A DNA stretch of 64,000 nt. It comes from an uncultured Gemmatimonadota bacterium (lineage in GTDB: Bacteria; JAAXHH01). Location of the stretch: the NCBI GenBank assembly GCA_951812955.1, contig OX638340.1, forward strand, positions 2,880,001 to 2,944,000, read 5' to 3'. Both the position numbers and the translations under genes were made by a program. The notes under the pieces are model-generated. The model worked only from the letters and a program-made list of their open reading frames with translations, made no database searches and was not told the origin of the DNA. This document shows, in pieces, positions 30,178 through 40,290 of this stretch (position 1 is the stretch's first letter; each line of letters begins with the position of its first letter).

Positions 30178-32056
30178 CCCGGGGTACGCGATAAACCTCT
30201 TCGAGCGGTTCGGCCGGCAGGTCGTGGACCTTCTGTGGCTGCCGAGCCTGGAAGCGTTGCTTCTGGGCGTTCTGGTCTGGGTCCTGCTTTTCGTAAACCG
30301 GGGATGTTCGCCCGGGATCAGGCATTTCCTCTGGTTGCTGGTGCTGGCAAAACCGCTGCTCACCCTTGTGTTGCCCTGGCAGGGACCTTTCGAGATCCCG
30401 TTGGCGTCGATAGCAGGATATGGAGATCCCGCCGCGGGCAATCATATCTTCCTGGCTTCCAGCATTTACGCCGCCGCGGGCTTGATCTGGATGGTCTTCG
30501 CAGGTTTCGGCCTGTACCGCATCGGTTCCTCGGTCATCACGATGACCCGCAGAAAGCGCAGGGCCGTTCCGGTCGCCGTCCCCCGGATACGCGCCTTGTT
30601 CGACGAATGTCTGGCCGAATTGGGACTGAAGCGCGGCGTGGCCTTGCGGGTCTCGGACGAGTTCGAAGGCCCCGCGTTGATCGCCGTGGGGCGGCCCGTA
30701 ATCGTGATCCCCTCCTGGTGCATCCTGGAGCTTTCCAACTCGGAACTCAAGCAGGTTCTGCTCCATGAACTGACGCATTATGCCCGGCGGGACCACCTCA
30801 CGGTAGTGCTGGTAGAATTCACCAGGATCTTCTTCTTCTTCCATCCGGCGGTCTGGTATGCCGCGCGCCGAGTAGGGATTGAGGCCGAACGGGCCTGCGA
30901 CGTGGCCGTCGTCCGTGTTTCCAAACATCCGGAACGCTATGCTTCTATCCTGCTCAAGGTTGCCGGAAGCAAGGTCAGGACGCACTGGCAGGCGGTCCTC
31001 GAACTGGCCAGGTCGGCCTCCGTCGTTGCCATACGTATCCGGGGCGTGCTCGGTTCGGCGGTGAACCGGAAGGGCAGCACCTTCTTCTCGTTGCTGGCCG
31101 CCGGTATATGCACGGTGTTCGCGGTCACGCCCATTTTGCGGCCGACGGTCCATGCCCCCGCCGACATGCCCGTGCCGGCGTGGACTAGCACACCCGACGA
31201 ACAGTCGATCCCCGGCCGGATCGATACGACTCCGGTCAGGCCGAGCCATGACGCCGTGGTAACCGGCGGGTCGAAATCGCTGGTCGAGCACGATCCGGCC
31301 CCGTCCGTCCGTGAAGAGACTCCCAGGATCATGGTCGATGGCCGGCCTTTGCAGCGTAGATCCATGGCCGACCTGATGGTTGATCGTAGCGTCCGGTATG
31401 CAGGCGTGGCCTACGCACCTGTGGGTAGCCAGAGAATAAACCCCGCCGTGCTCGGTCATTCAGCCGCCGCGAGGCTGCCGGACAGATCCCCAGCGCTGGG
31501 GAGCAAGCTCGGACCTGGACGTATCGAGGTGCAGGGTGTGGGTCAGACCGGGAACGCGTTGTTCGATCCGACCACGGTCTCCCTGAGCGCCGGTTATTTC
31601 CTTACATCCACCCACCAGTTCGGCGGCGTGTTTTCCATCCGGCGGCCGAACGATGCCGAATCGCTTGACGACACCTCGCGGTCCCCGGTTTCTTCGTATG
31701 ACGGCACCCCGCTTCGAGCCCGGAAACTGGCCGGGTACGGGACCACGGCGGTGCACGGGACGGTGCTTGAAACCCAGGAGGAAGAGCAGGCCGACCGGAT
31801 AACCCGGATCGGAGCCTTCTATCGGTACAACCCACTCGTTCCGGGTGGTTCCTTCACGCCTTTCTTCGGCTGGGGCACCGGACTGGAGATCAGGCCTCAG
31901 AACCGGTATATGGCCATGATCGACGCCGGGGTTGGACTGCGTTACTTCTGGGAACGGCACGTCGCCGTGATCGTGCAGGCTTCCTACCGAAAGGAGCTCG
32001 ATGTCACCTCGCGACCTTTCCCGGAGATGACGCTGGGCTTCTCAGCGATCTTCTAG
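30170..32056 (+). CDS. BlaR1/MecR1-family M56 peptidase sensor with a non-PBP beta-rich C-terminal domain
   Basis: Four N-terminal TM segments plus the HELTHYARRDH zinc motif. The C-terminal ~300 aa lack transpeptidase/SxxK motifs, are rich in alternating beta-strand patterns and end in ...LGFSAIF. Start overlaps the blaI stop. Confidence 0.7.
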   Translation: MIDPGYAINLFERFGRQVVDLLWLPSLEALLLGVLVWVLLFVNRGCSPGIRHFLWLLVLAKPLLTLVLPWQGPFEIPLASIAGYGDPAAGNHIFLASSIYAAAGLIWMVFAGFGLYRIGSSVITMTRRKRRAVPVAVPRIRALFDECLAELGLKRGVALRVSDEFEGPALIAVGRPVIVIPSWCILELSNSELKQVLLHELTHYARRDHLTVVLVEFTRIFFFFHPAVWYAARRVGIEAERACDVAVVRVSKHPERYASILLKVAGSKVRTHWQAVLELARSASVVAIRIRGVLGSAVNRKGSTFFSLLAAGICTVFAVTPILRPTVHAPADMPVPAWTSTPDEQSIPGRIDTTPVRPSHDAVVTGGSKSLVEHDPAPSVREETPRIMVDGRPLQRRSMADLMVDRSVRYAGVAYAPVGSQRINPAVLGHSAAARLPDRSPALGSKLGPGRIEVQGVGQTGNALFDPTTVSLSAGYFLTSTHQFGGVFSIRRPNDAESLDDTSRSPVSSYDGTPLRARKLAGYGTTAVHGTVLETQEEEQADRITRIGAFYRYNPLVPGGSFTPFFGWGTGLEIRPQNRYMAMIDAGVGLRYFWERHVAVIVQASYRKELDVTSRPFPEMTLGFSAIF

Positions 32057-32096
32057 CTACTCCCTTCGTCCACATGACTATCTGAATCTAAAGCAA

Positions 32097-33548
32097 ATGG
32101 ATCACCATATGAACAGAGCGGCCTCGGCGCTGATTATCGCCGGCGGCGCGGGCGTGCGCCTTCAAACGGTAACCGGCCAGGTTCCCAAACCCTTGATGAA
32201 GCTTTGCGGCGTGCCACTGATCAAGCGGATCATTTTGACAGCGGCCAGGGCCGGCATTTCGCGTTTCGTGATCGTAACGGGGTACCAGGCGGACCTCTTT
32301 CACGAGGTCCTTTCGGACGATCCCGGCCTGGACGGCTGCCGGATCGAGTGGGTGCATAACGAGCGGTGGCACCTGCCCAACGGGGTTTCCGCCCTGGCCG
32401 CCCGTTCCCGCCTGGCGGAACCGTTCGCGCTGCTCATGGCGGATCACCTCTTCGAGCAAAGTACGTTGGAGCGTCTGCTCGAGGAACCGGTCGCCGATGG
32501 GGAATGTCTGCTCGCCGTCGACCGGAAAATCGATAGCGTGTACGACCTGGACGACGCCACCAAGGTCGAGGTGCGCGGGGACGAAGTTGTTCGCATCGAT
32601 AAAGCGCTGCAGGAGTTCAATGCGGTAGACACGGGCATGTTCCTTTGTACGCCGGCACTGTTCGATGCCCTCGATGCCGTGGACGGACCGGAGGGGTGCG
32701 CGTTGAGCGACGGCGTCCGGGCGCTGGCGGAAGACGGGAGGATACACGCCTTCGACGTCGGCGATGGATTCTGGCAGGACGTGGATACGCCCGAAATGCT
32801 GGCGCACGGCGAAAAGAACCTCCTGGAGCGCCTAGTAAAGCCCACGGATGGCTGGATCGCCCGGTACTTGAACCGGCCGGTTTCGACCCGTCTCAGCCGA
32901 TGGCTGGTCCGGACGCCGATCACCCCCAACATGGTGACCCTGGTCACCTTCCTGACCGGCCTGGCCGGAGCGTGGTTCGTGATGGGCGGCACGTACTGGA
33001 CGGTACTTCTTGGCGCCTTTCTTTTCCAGGTTTCGTCCATCCTCGATGGATGCGACGGGGAGGTGGCGGTCCTGACCTTCCGCGAGTCGAAATACGGTTC
33101 ATGGCTCGACACGATCACGGACAACCTGACCTACCTGGCGTTTTTCTCCGCCGTTGTCTGGGCCTATGCGGGCGGTTCCGACGTAACGGCAATCCGGTAC
33201 CTCGGCCTGGTATCCGTCGCCGTGGTGACCGCGTCGATTCTCGCGATGTACTACTACCTGATGCAGACCGGGGGAAGCGGAAGTCTCGTAAGGTTCAACC
33301 GCGCCTTCGAAAGACACGCCGTCGGGCGGCGCCGCAACCTCTCCGCCAGGCTGCTCAATCTGTTTCGGATGATGTGCAAAAGGGATTTCTTTACCTTGTT
33401 GTTGCTGGTTTTTGCCGCAATCGGACTCCTGAACTGGATGTTCTGGACCGTAACGGCCGGCGGCCTGGCCATGGGTCTGGCCATATTCATTTCGACGGGG
33501 CGGCTGTTGGCGCGGGACCGGGCGGTTGAGCAGATGGAGCGCTCATGA
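32097..33548 (+). CDS. bifunctional nucleotidyltransferase / CDP-alcohol phosphotransferase (IPCT/DIPPS-like)
   Basis: N-terminal sugar/polyol-phosphate nucleotidyltransferase motif (IIAGGAGVRL...PKPLMKL). C-terminal CDP-OH P-transferase motif DGCDGEVAVLTFRESKYGSWLDTITDNLT in a polytopic membrane domain. Confidence 0.7.
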   Translation: MDHHMNRAASALIIAGGAGVRLQTVTGQVPKPLMKLCGVPLIKRIILTAARAGISRFVIVTGYQADLFHEVLSDDPGLDGCRIEWVHNERWHLPNGVSALAARSRLAEPFALLMADHLFEQSTLERLLEEPVADGECLLAVDRKIDSVYDLDDATKVEVRGDEVVRIDKALQEFNAVDTGMFLCTPALFDALDAVDGPEGCALSDGVRALAEDGRIHAFDVGDGFWQDVDTPEMLAHGEKNLLERLVKPTDGWIARYLNRPVSTRLSRWLVRTPITPNMVTLVTFLTGLAGAWFVMGGTYWTVLLGAFLFQVSSILDGCDGEVAVLTFRESKYGSWLDTITDNLTYLAFFSAVVWAYAGGSDVTAIRYLGLVSVAVVTASILAMYYYLMQTGGSGSLVRFNRAFERHAVGRRRNLSARLLNLFRMMCKRDFFTLLLLVFAAIGLLNWMFWTVTAGGLAMGLAIFISTGRLLARDRAVEQMERS

Positions 33549-34318
33549 GCGGATTACTGTACCATGTACGGGGACTTTTTACCCTCCGGATCAGGAAGGA
33601 TCTCAACTTCCGCAGGGTCCAGGAAACGGTCCCGGCGCTGCGCTGGCTGAAGCCGCGCAGGGGCGAGCGGATTCTCGATATAGGCTGCGGAGAAGGGACC
33701 TATGATTACCGGGTCGCCATGCGAGGCGCCGAGGTATTCGGTTTAGATTTGAACCGGCACCAATTGCGGCGTGCCGCGTCCTATCACAAGACCCCTTCGA
33801 CGGGATTCTTCTGTGCCGATGCGGGCGCGTTCCCCGTTCGCTCGGGACAGTTCGACACGGTCATGAGCCTGTGCGTCTTCGAGCACCTGCCGGACGACCG
33901 ACAGACGCTGAGGGAGATGTGGCGCGTATTGCGGCCCGGGGGACGCATCCTGTTGACGCTGGACAGTCTGAGCCTCGGGGGGATCGGCGAGGCGTGGCGC
34001 GACGAGCACCGGGAACGTCACAGCGTCCTTCAATTCTATTCGCATCCGTCGGTCGGCTCGTTGCTGGAGGCGTGTGGGTTCAGACTGATAAGACACCGCT
34101 ACCTGCTTCGTTCGAAGCTGGACCTGGCGCTGATCCGGTTGAGCTATGCTACCGAGCGCATGCACGCGATCCCGGCGGCGCTGGTCCGATTGGGGCTGGT
34201 ATCGATCGGCCGGGCAGTGTCTGCGGTTTTTAACCTGTTCACGAAAAACCACGGGGGATGGACGCTGTTGATCGAAGCAGACAGGAAGACCCCCCGTCCG
34301 GCGAATTCCCCACCATGA
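33545..34318 (+). CDS. class I SAM-dependent methyltransferase
   Basis: ILDIGCGEGTY motif I and LRPGGRILLT. ATGA overlap with the upstream gene. Confidence 0.7.
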   Translation: MSGLLYHVRGLFTLRIRKDLNFRRVQETVPALRWLKPRRGERILDIGCGEGTYDYRVAMRGAEVFGLDLNRHQLRRAASYHKTPSTGFFCADAGAFPVRSGQFDTVMSLCVFEHLPDDRQTLREMWRVLRPGGRILLTLDSLSLGGIGEAWRDEHRERHSVLQFYSHPSVGSLLEACGFRLIRHRYLLRSKLDLALIRLSYATERMHAIPAALVRLGLVSIGRAVSAVFNLFTKNHGGWTLLIEADRKTPRPANSPP

Positions 34319-35868
34319 AGCGTACCCTTGAGCAAACGGTTCCGGACCGGTCCGACACCGACGCATCGGCGATCGCCCGGGGCGCGGCCGTCAATTTCAT
34401 CGGAACGGTGGCGCGGCTTACCAAGTCCGTGTCGTTCATCGTCCTTACGCGGCTGTTCGGCGCCGAGATTTTCGGCCTGTACATGCTCGGATGGACCATC
34501 GTGGATCTCGTGGGAAAGGTGGCCCAGTTCTCGTTGGACAAGGGCTTGATCAATTTCATCCCGCGTATGCGCGAGGACGGGAAGAAGGACGCCATCCACC
34601 GAATCATCGCGCAGGCCCTGGGCGTGGGCCTGCTGCTGAGCGTTGGGGTCGGCGCCGCGCTATATGTCGGCGCGCCCGCGCTGGCCGAAGGGCTGCTCGA
34701 AAAGCCACGGCTCACCGGCATGCTGCGGTTGTTGGCGATCGGACTGCCGCTAATCGCCCTGACCCACATCATTTTGGGCGTCACCCGGGCTCACAAAGTC
34801 ATGAAGTACGACGCCATGGTCCGGGGCGCGGTCGAGCCGCTGGTGCTATTCGGGGCGGCCTGCGCCTTGTTCTACTGGGGCTGGCGCACCTACGGCATCG
34901 CCGCGGCCCACCTGGCCGCGCTGACCGGCGGCCTGCTGTTCGCCGTTTACGTGTTCACCAGGTTCTATTCCTGGCGTGCCTGTCTCGTCCACCTGCGCGA
35001 ACTGCGTTTCGTCACTCCGCTGACCCGATTCTCGCTGCCGGTAATGGGCTATGAACTGGTCTACATGGCCATGATACGTCTTGACGTGCTCATGGTCGGC
35101 TACTTCCTGCCGGCGGCGCAGGTGGGCATCTACGTGATCGCGGTCGAAATCGCCTTGCTGACCAAGAAGGTCCGCCAGTGGTTCGACCCGATTTTCAGTC
35201 CCATCGTCGCCGAACTGAATCACCGCAACGACCTGCCGCGGCTGGAGCGCAACCTCAGGCTGGTCACCCGGTGGGTCCTGACCATCGGCGTGGGGTTCCT
35301 CTGCGTCATAGCACTGATCGGCAATGAATTGCTGGGGCTGTTCGGTCCGGCATTCGTCACCGGGTTCATGGCGATGGTCGTCCTGGCCATGAGCCAGGTC
35401 GTATATGCCGCCATGGGTTCTGGCGATACCGTGCTCATCATGTCGGGCCGGCCCTATCTGAATCTCATCAACACGGTCGTGGTCGTAGCAGTGAATTTCG
35501 CCCTGAACCTGTGGCTGATACCATCCCTGGGCATCCTGGGCGCCGCCCTGGGAACGCTGGTATCCTTCGGCCTGCTGACACTAACGCGCCTGGTCGAGGT
35601 ATACCACCTGTTCCGGATCCATCCCCTGGACTGGCGCATTTTGAAGCCCTGCGCCGCAGCGGTCGTCGCCTTCGCATGCGCGTACATGGCGGGGGCCTAC
35701 GCGCCTGATGCCCCGTGGTTGCGCATGGCCGCGCTGCCTCTGATTTTCCTGGCCCCCTATCTCGGTGTGCTGTTCCTGATGGGTTTGGAAGAGGATGACC
35801 GGATCGTGCTCCGGCGCCTGCGGGGGCGGTGGGCACGAAGACGTGGGCACCGAGCTTCAGCGCCATGA
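34315..35868 (+). CDS. MOP-superfamily flippase (Wzx/polysaccharide-biosynthesis-protein type)
   Basis: About 500-aa protein with 12-14 predicted TM helices and Wzx-like N-terminal blocks. Start MKRTLEQ overlaps the upstream stop. Confidence 0.6.
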   Translation: MKRTLEQTVPDRSDTDASAIARGAAVNFIGTVARLTKSVSFIVLTRLFGAEIFGLYMLGWTIVDLVGKVAQFSLDKGLINFIPRMREDGKKDAIHRIIAQALGVGLLLSVGVGAALYVGAPALAEGLLEKPRLTGMLRLLAIGLPLIALTHIILGVTRAHKVMKYDAMVRGAVEPLVLFGAACALFYWGWRTYGIAAAHLAALTGGLLFAVYVFTRFYSWRACLVHLRELRFVTPLTRFSLPVMGYELVYMAMIRLDVLMVGYFLPAAQVGIYVIAVEIALLTKKVRQWFDPIFSPIVAELNHRNDLPRLERNLRLVTRWVLTIGVGFLCVIALIGNELLGLFGPAFVTGFMAMVVLAMSQVVYAAMGSGDTVLIMSGRPYLNLINTVVVVAVNFALNLWLIPSLGILGAALGTLVSFGLLTLTRLVEVYHLFRIHPLDWRILKPCAAAVVAFACAYMAGAYAPDAPWLRMAALPLIFLAPYLGVLFLMGLEEDDRIVLRRLRGRWARRRGHRASAP

Positions 35869-35940
35869 CGTTAGTGGTCCGGCGCCTGCGGGGCCTGTGC
35901 GGCCCGCCGCCTCTACCCGGTAAGAGGCCAAGCGCAAGCC

Positions 35941-37284
35941 GTGGGATGGAGGGGAGCGCGTACTTGGGACATCTGTCGACGGGGAGACTTGGTTATTTTG
36001 AATTACAGCGTGGTATTGTTCGCCGATACGGATGACATCACAGCCGGCGCCGGTCGATCGGTTTACGGCATTTCTCTGTTGGAACGGCACCTTCGGGTCT
36101 TTGCTTCCCTGGGGGCCCGGCGGGTAACCGTGGTCGGACCTGCACCCGGCCGGGGTTCGAAGGTCCGAGTCGACGGATTCGACGAACGCTGGTTCGCTGA
36201 GCTGCGCGCCGTCGACTGCGTGGGGGCCGAAGAAAGCCCTGCCCGCTGGCTGCCCGGGAAGGACGAAGTGGCCCTGGTGCTGGACGCCCACCACCTGTAT
36301 GACCCGCGTGTCCTGCGGGCCATGGTCGAAGGCGGCCCGAACCGTAAAGCCGCGGACTCGGCAGTCAGGGAATCCTGCAGGCTGCTGGTGGCCGACGCAG
36401 ACCTGCTCGCAAGCCTCACAGCGTGCTGGAACGGCTCCGAATCACTATGGTCATCGCTGGACTCGGCGCGGGAATCGACCTGCCCGGTATTCGATCTCCG
36501 CGAAATGGACCCCTATATCGTGGATCTGCGCCGAAGCCTGCCCCCCTGGTGGGTGGTCCTGGGTTCGGACCGGAAAGCGCGCCGGGCGGAGGCGCTTCTG
36601 ATCAATGCCGCACAGAAGGGAACGCTGGATTTTCCGGCGGAATTCATACATCCACCCCTGGAGAACCTGCTTACAAAGTGGATCTCGGCCGGAACCGTGA
36701 CGCCTAACCAGGTAACCACCCTCACCATATTGCTGGCCTTCCTGACCACCGGCCTGCTGGCCGTGGGGCAATCGGGCCCGGGTTACACGGCCGCCGGACT
36801 GATCATCGCCTTCATCGTCGGAGTACTGGACGGGGTCGACGGCAAGTTGGCCCGTGTTACGGTGCGATGCACGCGGTTCGGGGACCGATTTGAACACATC
36901 CTGGACGTGATCTGGGAGCTGACCTGGTACTGGGCCCTGGGGTGGATGCTCGGCGGCAGTGGCGATGTGGCGGGGCCTTTCGTGCTCGCTTCGGTAATCA
37001 CGCTCTTTTATCTGCTTGACAAGACGGCCACGGGGATGTTCAAGTCACGGCAGGGAATCGAACTGTTTGACTACGAGCCCATGGATCGCTTTTTTCGCCG
37101 TATCGGCGCCCGGCGCAACACGAACGTCCTGCTGCTGCTGGGTGGTACGGCGGCAGGTATGCTGGAGGAAGCGTTTACATGCGTGGCCATCTGGACGGTG
37201 ATTACGGCGGCGTTTCACTGGACGCGGGCGATCTGGGTGCTGTCGAAGCCGACATCGGCCGGCGATGTGAAACGGCTTCCTTAA
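35941..37284 (+). CDS. second CDP-alcohol phosphotransferase with divergent N-terminal nucleotidyltransferase-like domain
   Basis: DGVDGKLARVTVRCTRFGDRFEHILD motif in the membrane domain. The N-terminal ~230 aa resemble an NTP-transferase fold (LFADTDDITAGAGRS) but lack the canonical G-x-G-x-R...K residues. Confidence 0.6.
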   Translation: MGWRGARTWDICRRGDLVILNYSVVLFADTDDITAGAGRSVYGISLLERHLRVFASLGARRVTVVGPAPGRGSKVRVDGFDERWFAELRAVDCVGAEESPARWLPGKDEVALVLDAHHLYDPRVLRAMVEGGPNRKAADSAVRESCRLLVADADLLASLTACWNGSESLWSSLDSARESTCPVFDLREMDPYIVDLRRSLPPWWVVLGSDRKARRAEALLINAAQKGTLDFPAEFIHPPLENLLTKWISAGTVTPNQVTTLTILLAFLTTGLLAVGQSGPGYTAAGLIIAFIVGVLDGVDGKLARVTVRCTRFGDRFEHILDVIWELTWYWALGWMLGGSGDVAGPFVLASVITLFYLLDKTATGMFKSRQGIELFDYEPMDRFFRRIGARRNTNVLLLLGGTAAGMLEEAFTCVAIWTVITAAFHWTRAIWVLSKPTSAGDVKRLP

Positions 37285-37426
37285 CGCCAGCCACGATTTC
37301 TCCCGGGCATGGGCCGGCCCATGCCCGTTAATTTGGATCAAAAAGTGGAATTGTGCGTCTAATATGCTTGATAATGAGCGAGTCGGCCATGGCTGTGCGT
37401 CGACGCTTGTGCTAAGCGGAGGCATC

Positions 37427-38803
37427 GTGTTTCGTTTCCTGGTCCACATCCTGGCGGTATCTCTGATCACGGGGCCGGCGGTCGCACAGGGATCGGACCG
37501 TCCCGTACAGGCCGTCCAATCCGTCCGGATGACGCTGGAGCAGTGCGTGGACAGGGCGTTGACGGTCAGTCCTGATATCGAGCAGGCGGCCCTTGCCGTC
37601 GAAGGCCTGGAAGCCAGGTTGAGCGAAGCGAAATTTGCGGGCATCGCACCCCGGTTGCAGTGGACCAACATCTTCGGTCCGGCGCCCGGCATAAAAGGCG
37701 ATACAGAACGGGTCGAGACCATCCGGAGCGACCTGTCCGACCTGGGCGTTTTTTCCCGCACGCAGATCGAATTGGTCCAGCCGCTGTATACCTTCGGGAA
37801 GCTCAGCAATGCGAAGAAGGCGGCCGGATACGGTCTCGAGGCGGGCGAGGCCGCCGTGGAATCCAGGAAGCACGACGTGGCCTTCCAGGTTAAGAAACTG
37901 TTCTACGGACTCGTGTTGGCCCGTGAACTCAGGGAAATCATTCTGGAAAGCGAAGAAAGCGTACGTGAAGCCCGGGAGCGCGTCAACGAGATGATCGAGG
38001 AGGATTCGGAAGATGTCGGCCAGAACGACCTGTTGAAAATCGATGTCTTCGAGTATGAAGTGCAACAGAGCCGGGCGCGGGCCGAGAAGTCGATCGAAAT
38101 AGGGAAGGCGGCGCTGAAATCGGTGCTTGAAATCGATCGCTCCAGCGATTTCGATATCGTCGACACGACCGCGGAACCCAGTACGGCAGACCTCGACGGA
38201 CTGGAATTCTACATCGAACAGGCGAAGAACCGGCGGTACGACATCCGGCAGCTCAGGGCCGGCGTGCTGGCCCGCCGCGCGCTGCTGAAGGTAGCCCGGA
38301 GCGACTACTACCCCCAGATCGCCCTTGCGGGGTCCATCCAGTGGGGTATCGCGCCCCACCGGCCGGAACTCGACAATCCGTTCCTCAGGGACGAGTTCAA
38401 TTTCCTGCGGGGGGGCGCGGTGATTACCTTGCGGCAGAACTTCAATTTCGGCCTGACCCGCGCGAAGTACCAGGCCAGGAAAGTGGAGCTGGAAGCGCTG
38501 GTGACCAGGGAATCACAGGCGATGAACGCGATCGAACTGCAGGTGGAATCGACCTACCGGGACGTGATCGAGGCCCGTACCAACGTCGTCAACAGCGACC
38601 GGGCGCTTCGCTCCGCCAGGGCATGGCTGACATCGGCAAAGCTGGGCTTCGACATCACGGGAGACAGTTCGGAATTGCTGGACGCCTTCACCGCGCACGC
38701 GAAAATGCAACATGCACACCGGCAGTCGCTTTTCCAGTACCGGGTTTCGCTGGCCGAACTCGATCACGTAACCGGTAACGGGATTTCAAATGTGCGGCGC
38801 TGA
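37427..38803 (+). CDS. TolC-like outer-membrane efflux protein (OMF family)
   Basis: Signal peptide after a GTG start (GGAGG-N5-GTG). Paired coiled-coil/beta-barrel repeats typical of OMF proteins. Confidence 0.7.
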   Translation: MFRFLVHILAVSLITGPAVAQGSDRPVQAVQSVRMTLEQCVDRALTVSPDIEQAALAVEGLEARLSEAKFAGIAPRLQWTNIFGPAPGIKGDTERVETIRSDLSDLGVFSRTQIELVQPLYTFGKLSNAKKAAGYGLEAGEAAVESRKHDVAFQVKKLFYGLVLARELREIILESEESVREARERVNEMIEEDSEDVGQNDLLKIDVFEYEVQQSRARAEKSIEIGKAALKSVLEIDRSSDFDIVDTTAEPSTADLDGLEFYIEQAKNRRYDIRQLRAGVLARRALLKVARSDYYPQIALAGSIQWGIAPHRPELDNPFLRDEFNFLRGGAVITLRQNFNFGLTRAKYQARKVELEALVTRESQAMNAIELQVESTYRDVIEARTNVVNSDRALRSARAWLTSAKLGFDITGDSSELLDAFTAHAKMQHAHRQSLFQYRVSLAELDHVTGNGISNVRR

Positions 38804-38824
38804 CACACGGAACGGAGGATGGTC

Positions 38825-39655
38825 ATGAAGAATCGACGTGCGGGGGCGGGCAGGACGCTCAGTCTGGTGGCTGGCACCGTCCTGTTGCTCATTGCCACGT
38901 TCATCGATCCGTCTTCCGTCCTTCGCACGGACTCAGCGGATAAAGGAACGCCGCCCCGATTTTCCGTGCTGGGGATCGACTCTTTTGTTCCGGCAGCCGC
39001 GCGGGCGGATCATCCTCAACGCCGCGATGATCGTCGTGCGTCCGTCCTCATCGATGGCTTCGACAGTTCGGCCCCGGGCAGCTTCCCCCTGACCTGGAAG
39101 GCCTGGCGGGGAGACGATGACCTGGCTCGAAAAACGTATACGATCCGGGAGGAAAACGGAAACCGGTATCTCCACGCCGCCGACGACGGCTCATCCATCA
39201 TCATTCGCAAGCAGCTTAGCGAATGGGATGCGAACGAATACCCGGTGCTGTCATGGCGCTGGAGGGCGAAGGTCCTGCCCGAAGACGGAGATGAACGCAT
39301 CGGTTCCAGGAACGACAGTTCAGTGGCCGTGTACGTGGTCCTGGATCAGAACTTCATCGGCGTGCCCAAAACCCTGAAGTACGTCTGGAGTACCACCCTG
39401 CCGGTCGGCACCCATCACCGCCGCGACGGTATTGGCCGTCCCCACGTGATCGTGCTCGAAAGCGGTACGGAGAAGCTCGGGGAATGGGTCAAGGAGTCGG
39501 TCGACGTGTATGCGGACTATGTCCGGATCTTCGGGAAAAAGCCGCCCCGGAAAGCCGTAGGGATCGGTATTCTTACGGATGGCAACGCGACGGGAACGGA
39601 CTCGAAGGGGGATTACGACGACTTCATGGTTCATCGCCGGAACACCGGGTCCTGA
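38825..39655 (+). CDS. DUF3047-family protein (secreted)
   Basis: Signal peptide plus DUF3047-like blocks (WKAWRGD...YLHA...SSVAVYVV). Confidence 0.5.
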   Translation: MKNRRAGAGRTLSLVAGTVLLLIATFIDPSSVLRTDSADKGTPPRFSVLGIDSFVPAAARADHPQRRDDRRASVLIDGFDSSAPGSFPLTWKAWRGDDDLARKTYTIREENGNRYLHAADDGSSIIIRKQLSEWDANEYPVLSWRWRAKVLPEDGDERIGSRNDSSVAVYVVLDQNFIGVPKTLKYVWSTTLPVGTHHRRDGIGRPHVIVLESGTEKLGEWVKESVDVYADYVRIFGKKPPRKAVGIGILTDGNATGTDSKGDYDDFMVHRRNTGS

Positions 39656-39690
39656 CCCGTCAATTCCGGCCGGAAGGTAGGAGGAAGAAA

Positions 39691-40290
39691 ATGCATGCTA
39701 TTTGCCGCGCACTCCGCCCCTTGGGACCACTTGTCGCCTGGGCGGCGGTGTCGTTGATCGCTTTCGGGAGTAACGCGCAGGAATACTCGCCCATCGAGAC
39801 CCTGAAACAGCGGGACGCCGCGTTACTCGGCCTGGATGGAGCCACCACCGAAGCGGCACGGGACAGTCTCGTGCGCCGGGCCGTCGTCGAGGGGTTCGAT
39901 TTCGTACGACACAGCCGTATCTCGCTCGGCAGGCACTGGCGGGAGAGGACGGACGCGGAACAAGAAGAATTCGTTTCGGTCCTGCGTAAGTGGACGGAAA
40001 ACCGGGCCCTCGACAAGTTGCGCAAGCGGTCGGACAGGACGACTTATGACGGAGAGGAGACCCGGGGCAGCAGGTCGCTGGTGAGAACCACGGTATGGTA
40101 CAAGGGTACCAAAACACTCGTCGACTACAAGATGGAGTTGCAGGAAGGGCACTGGCTCATTTACGACATGGTCATCGACGGGGCGAGCGTCGCGCTGGCC
40201 AACCGGGACGCATTCTACAAGAAGATCAGCAGGACCTCCTACGACGAATTGCTCGATACCCTACTCGCAAAAACCCTTGAAATAGAGTAG
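39691..40290 (+). CDS. MlaC/Ttg2D-family periplasmic phospholipid-binding protein
   Basis: Block-by-block match to MlaC (FDFVRHSRISLGRHWRERTDAEQEEF ... VDYKMELQEGHWLIYDMVIDGASVALANRDAF). GGAGGA RBS precedes the ATG at 39691. Confidence 0.8.
   Translation: MHAICRALRPLGPLVAWAAVSLIAFGSNAQEYSPIETLKQRDAALLGLDGATTEAARDSLVRRAVVEGFDFVRHSRISLGRHWRERTDAEQEEFVSVLRKWTENRALDKLRKRSDRTTYDGEETRGSRSLVRTTVWYKGTKTLVDYKMELQEGHWLIYDMVIDGASVALANRDAFYKKISRTSYDELLDTLLAKTLEIE

Noticed and set aside
30032-31459. 475-aa minus-strand ORF
   Set aside because: Antisense to the blaI and blaR1-like genes. Low-complexity translation.
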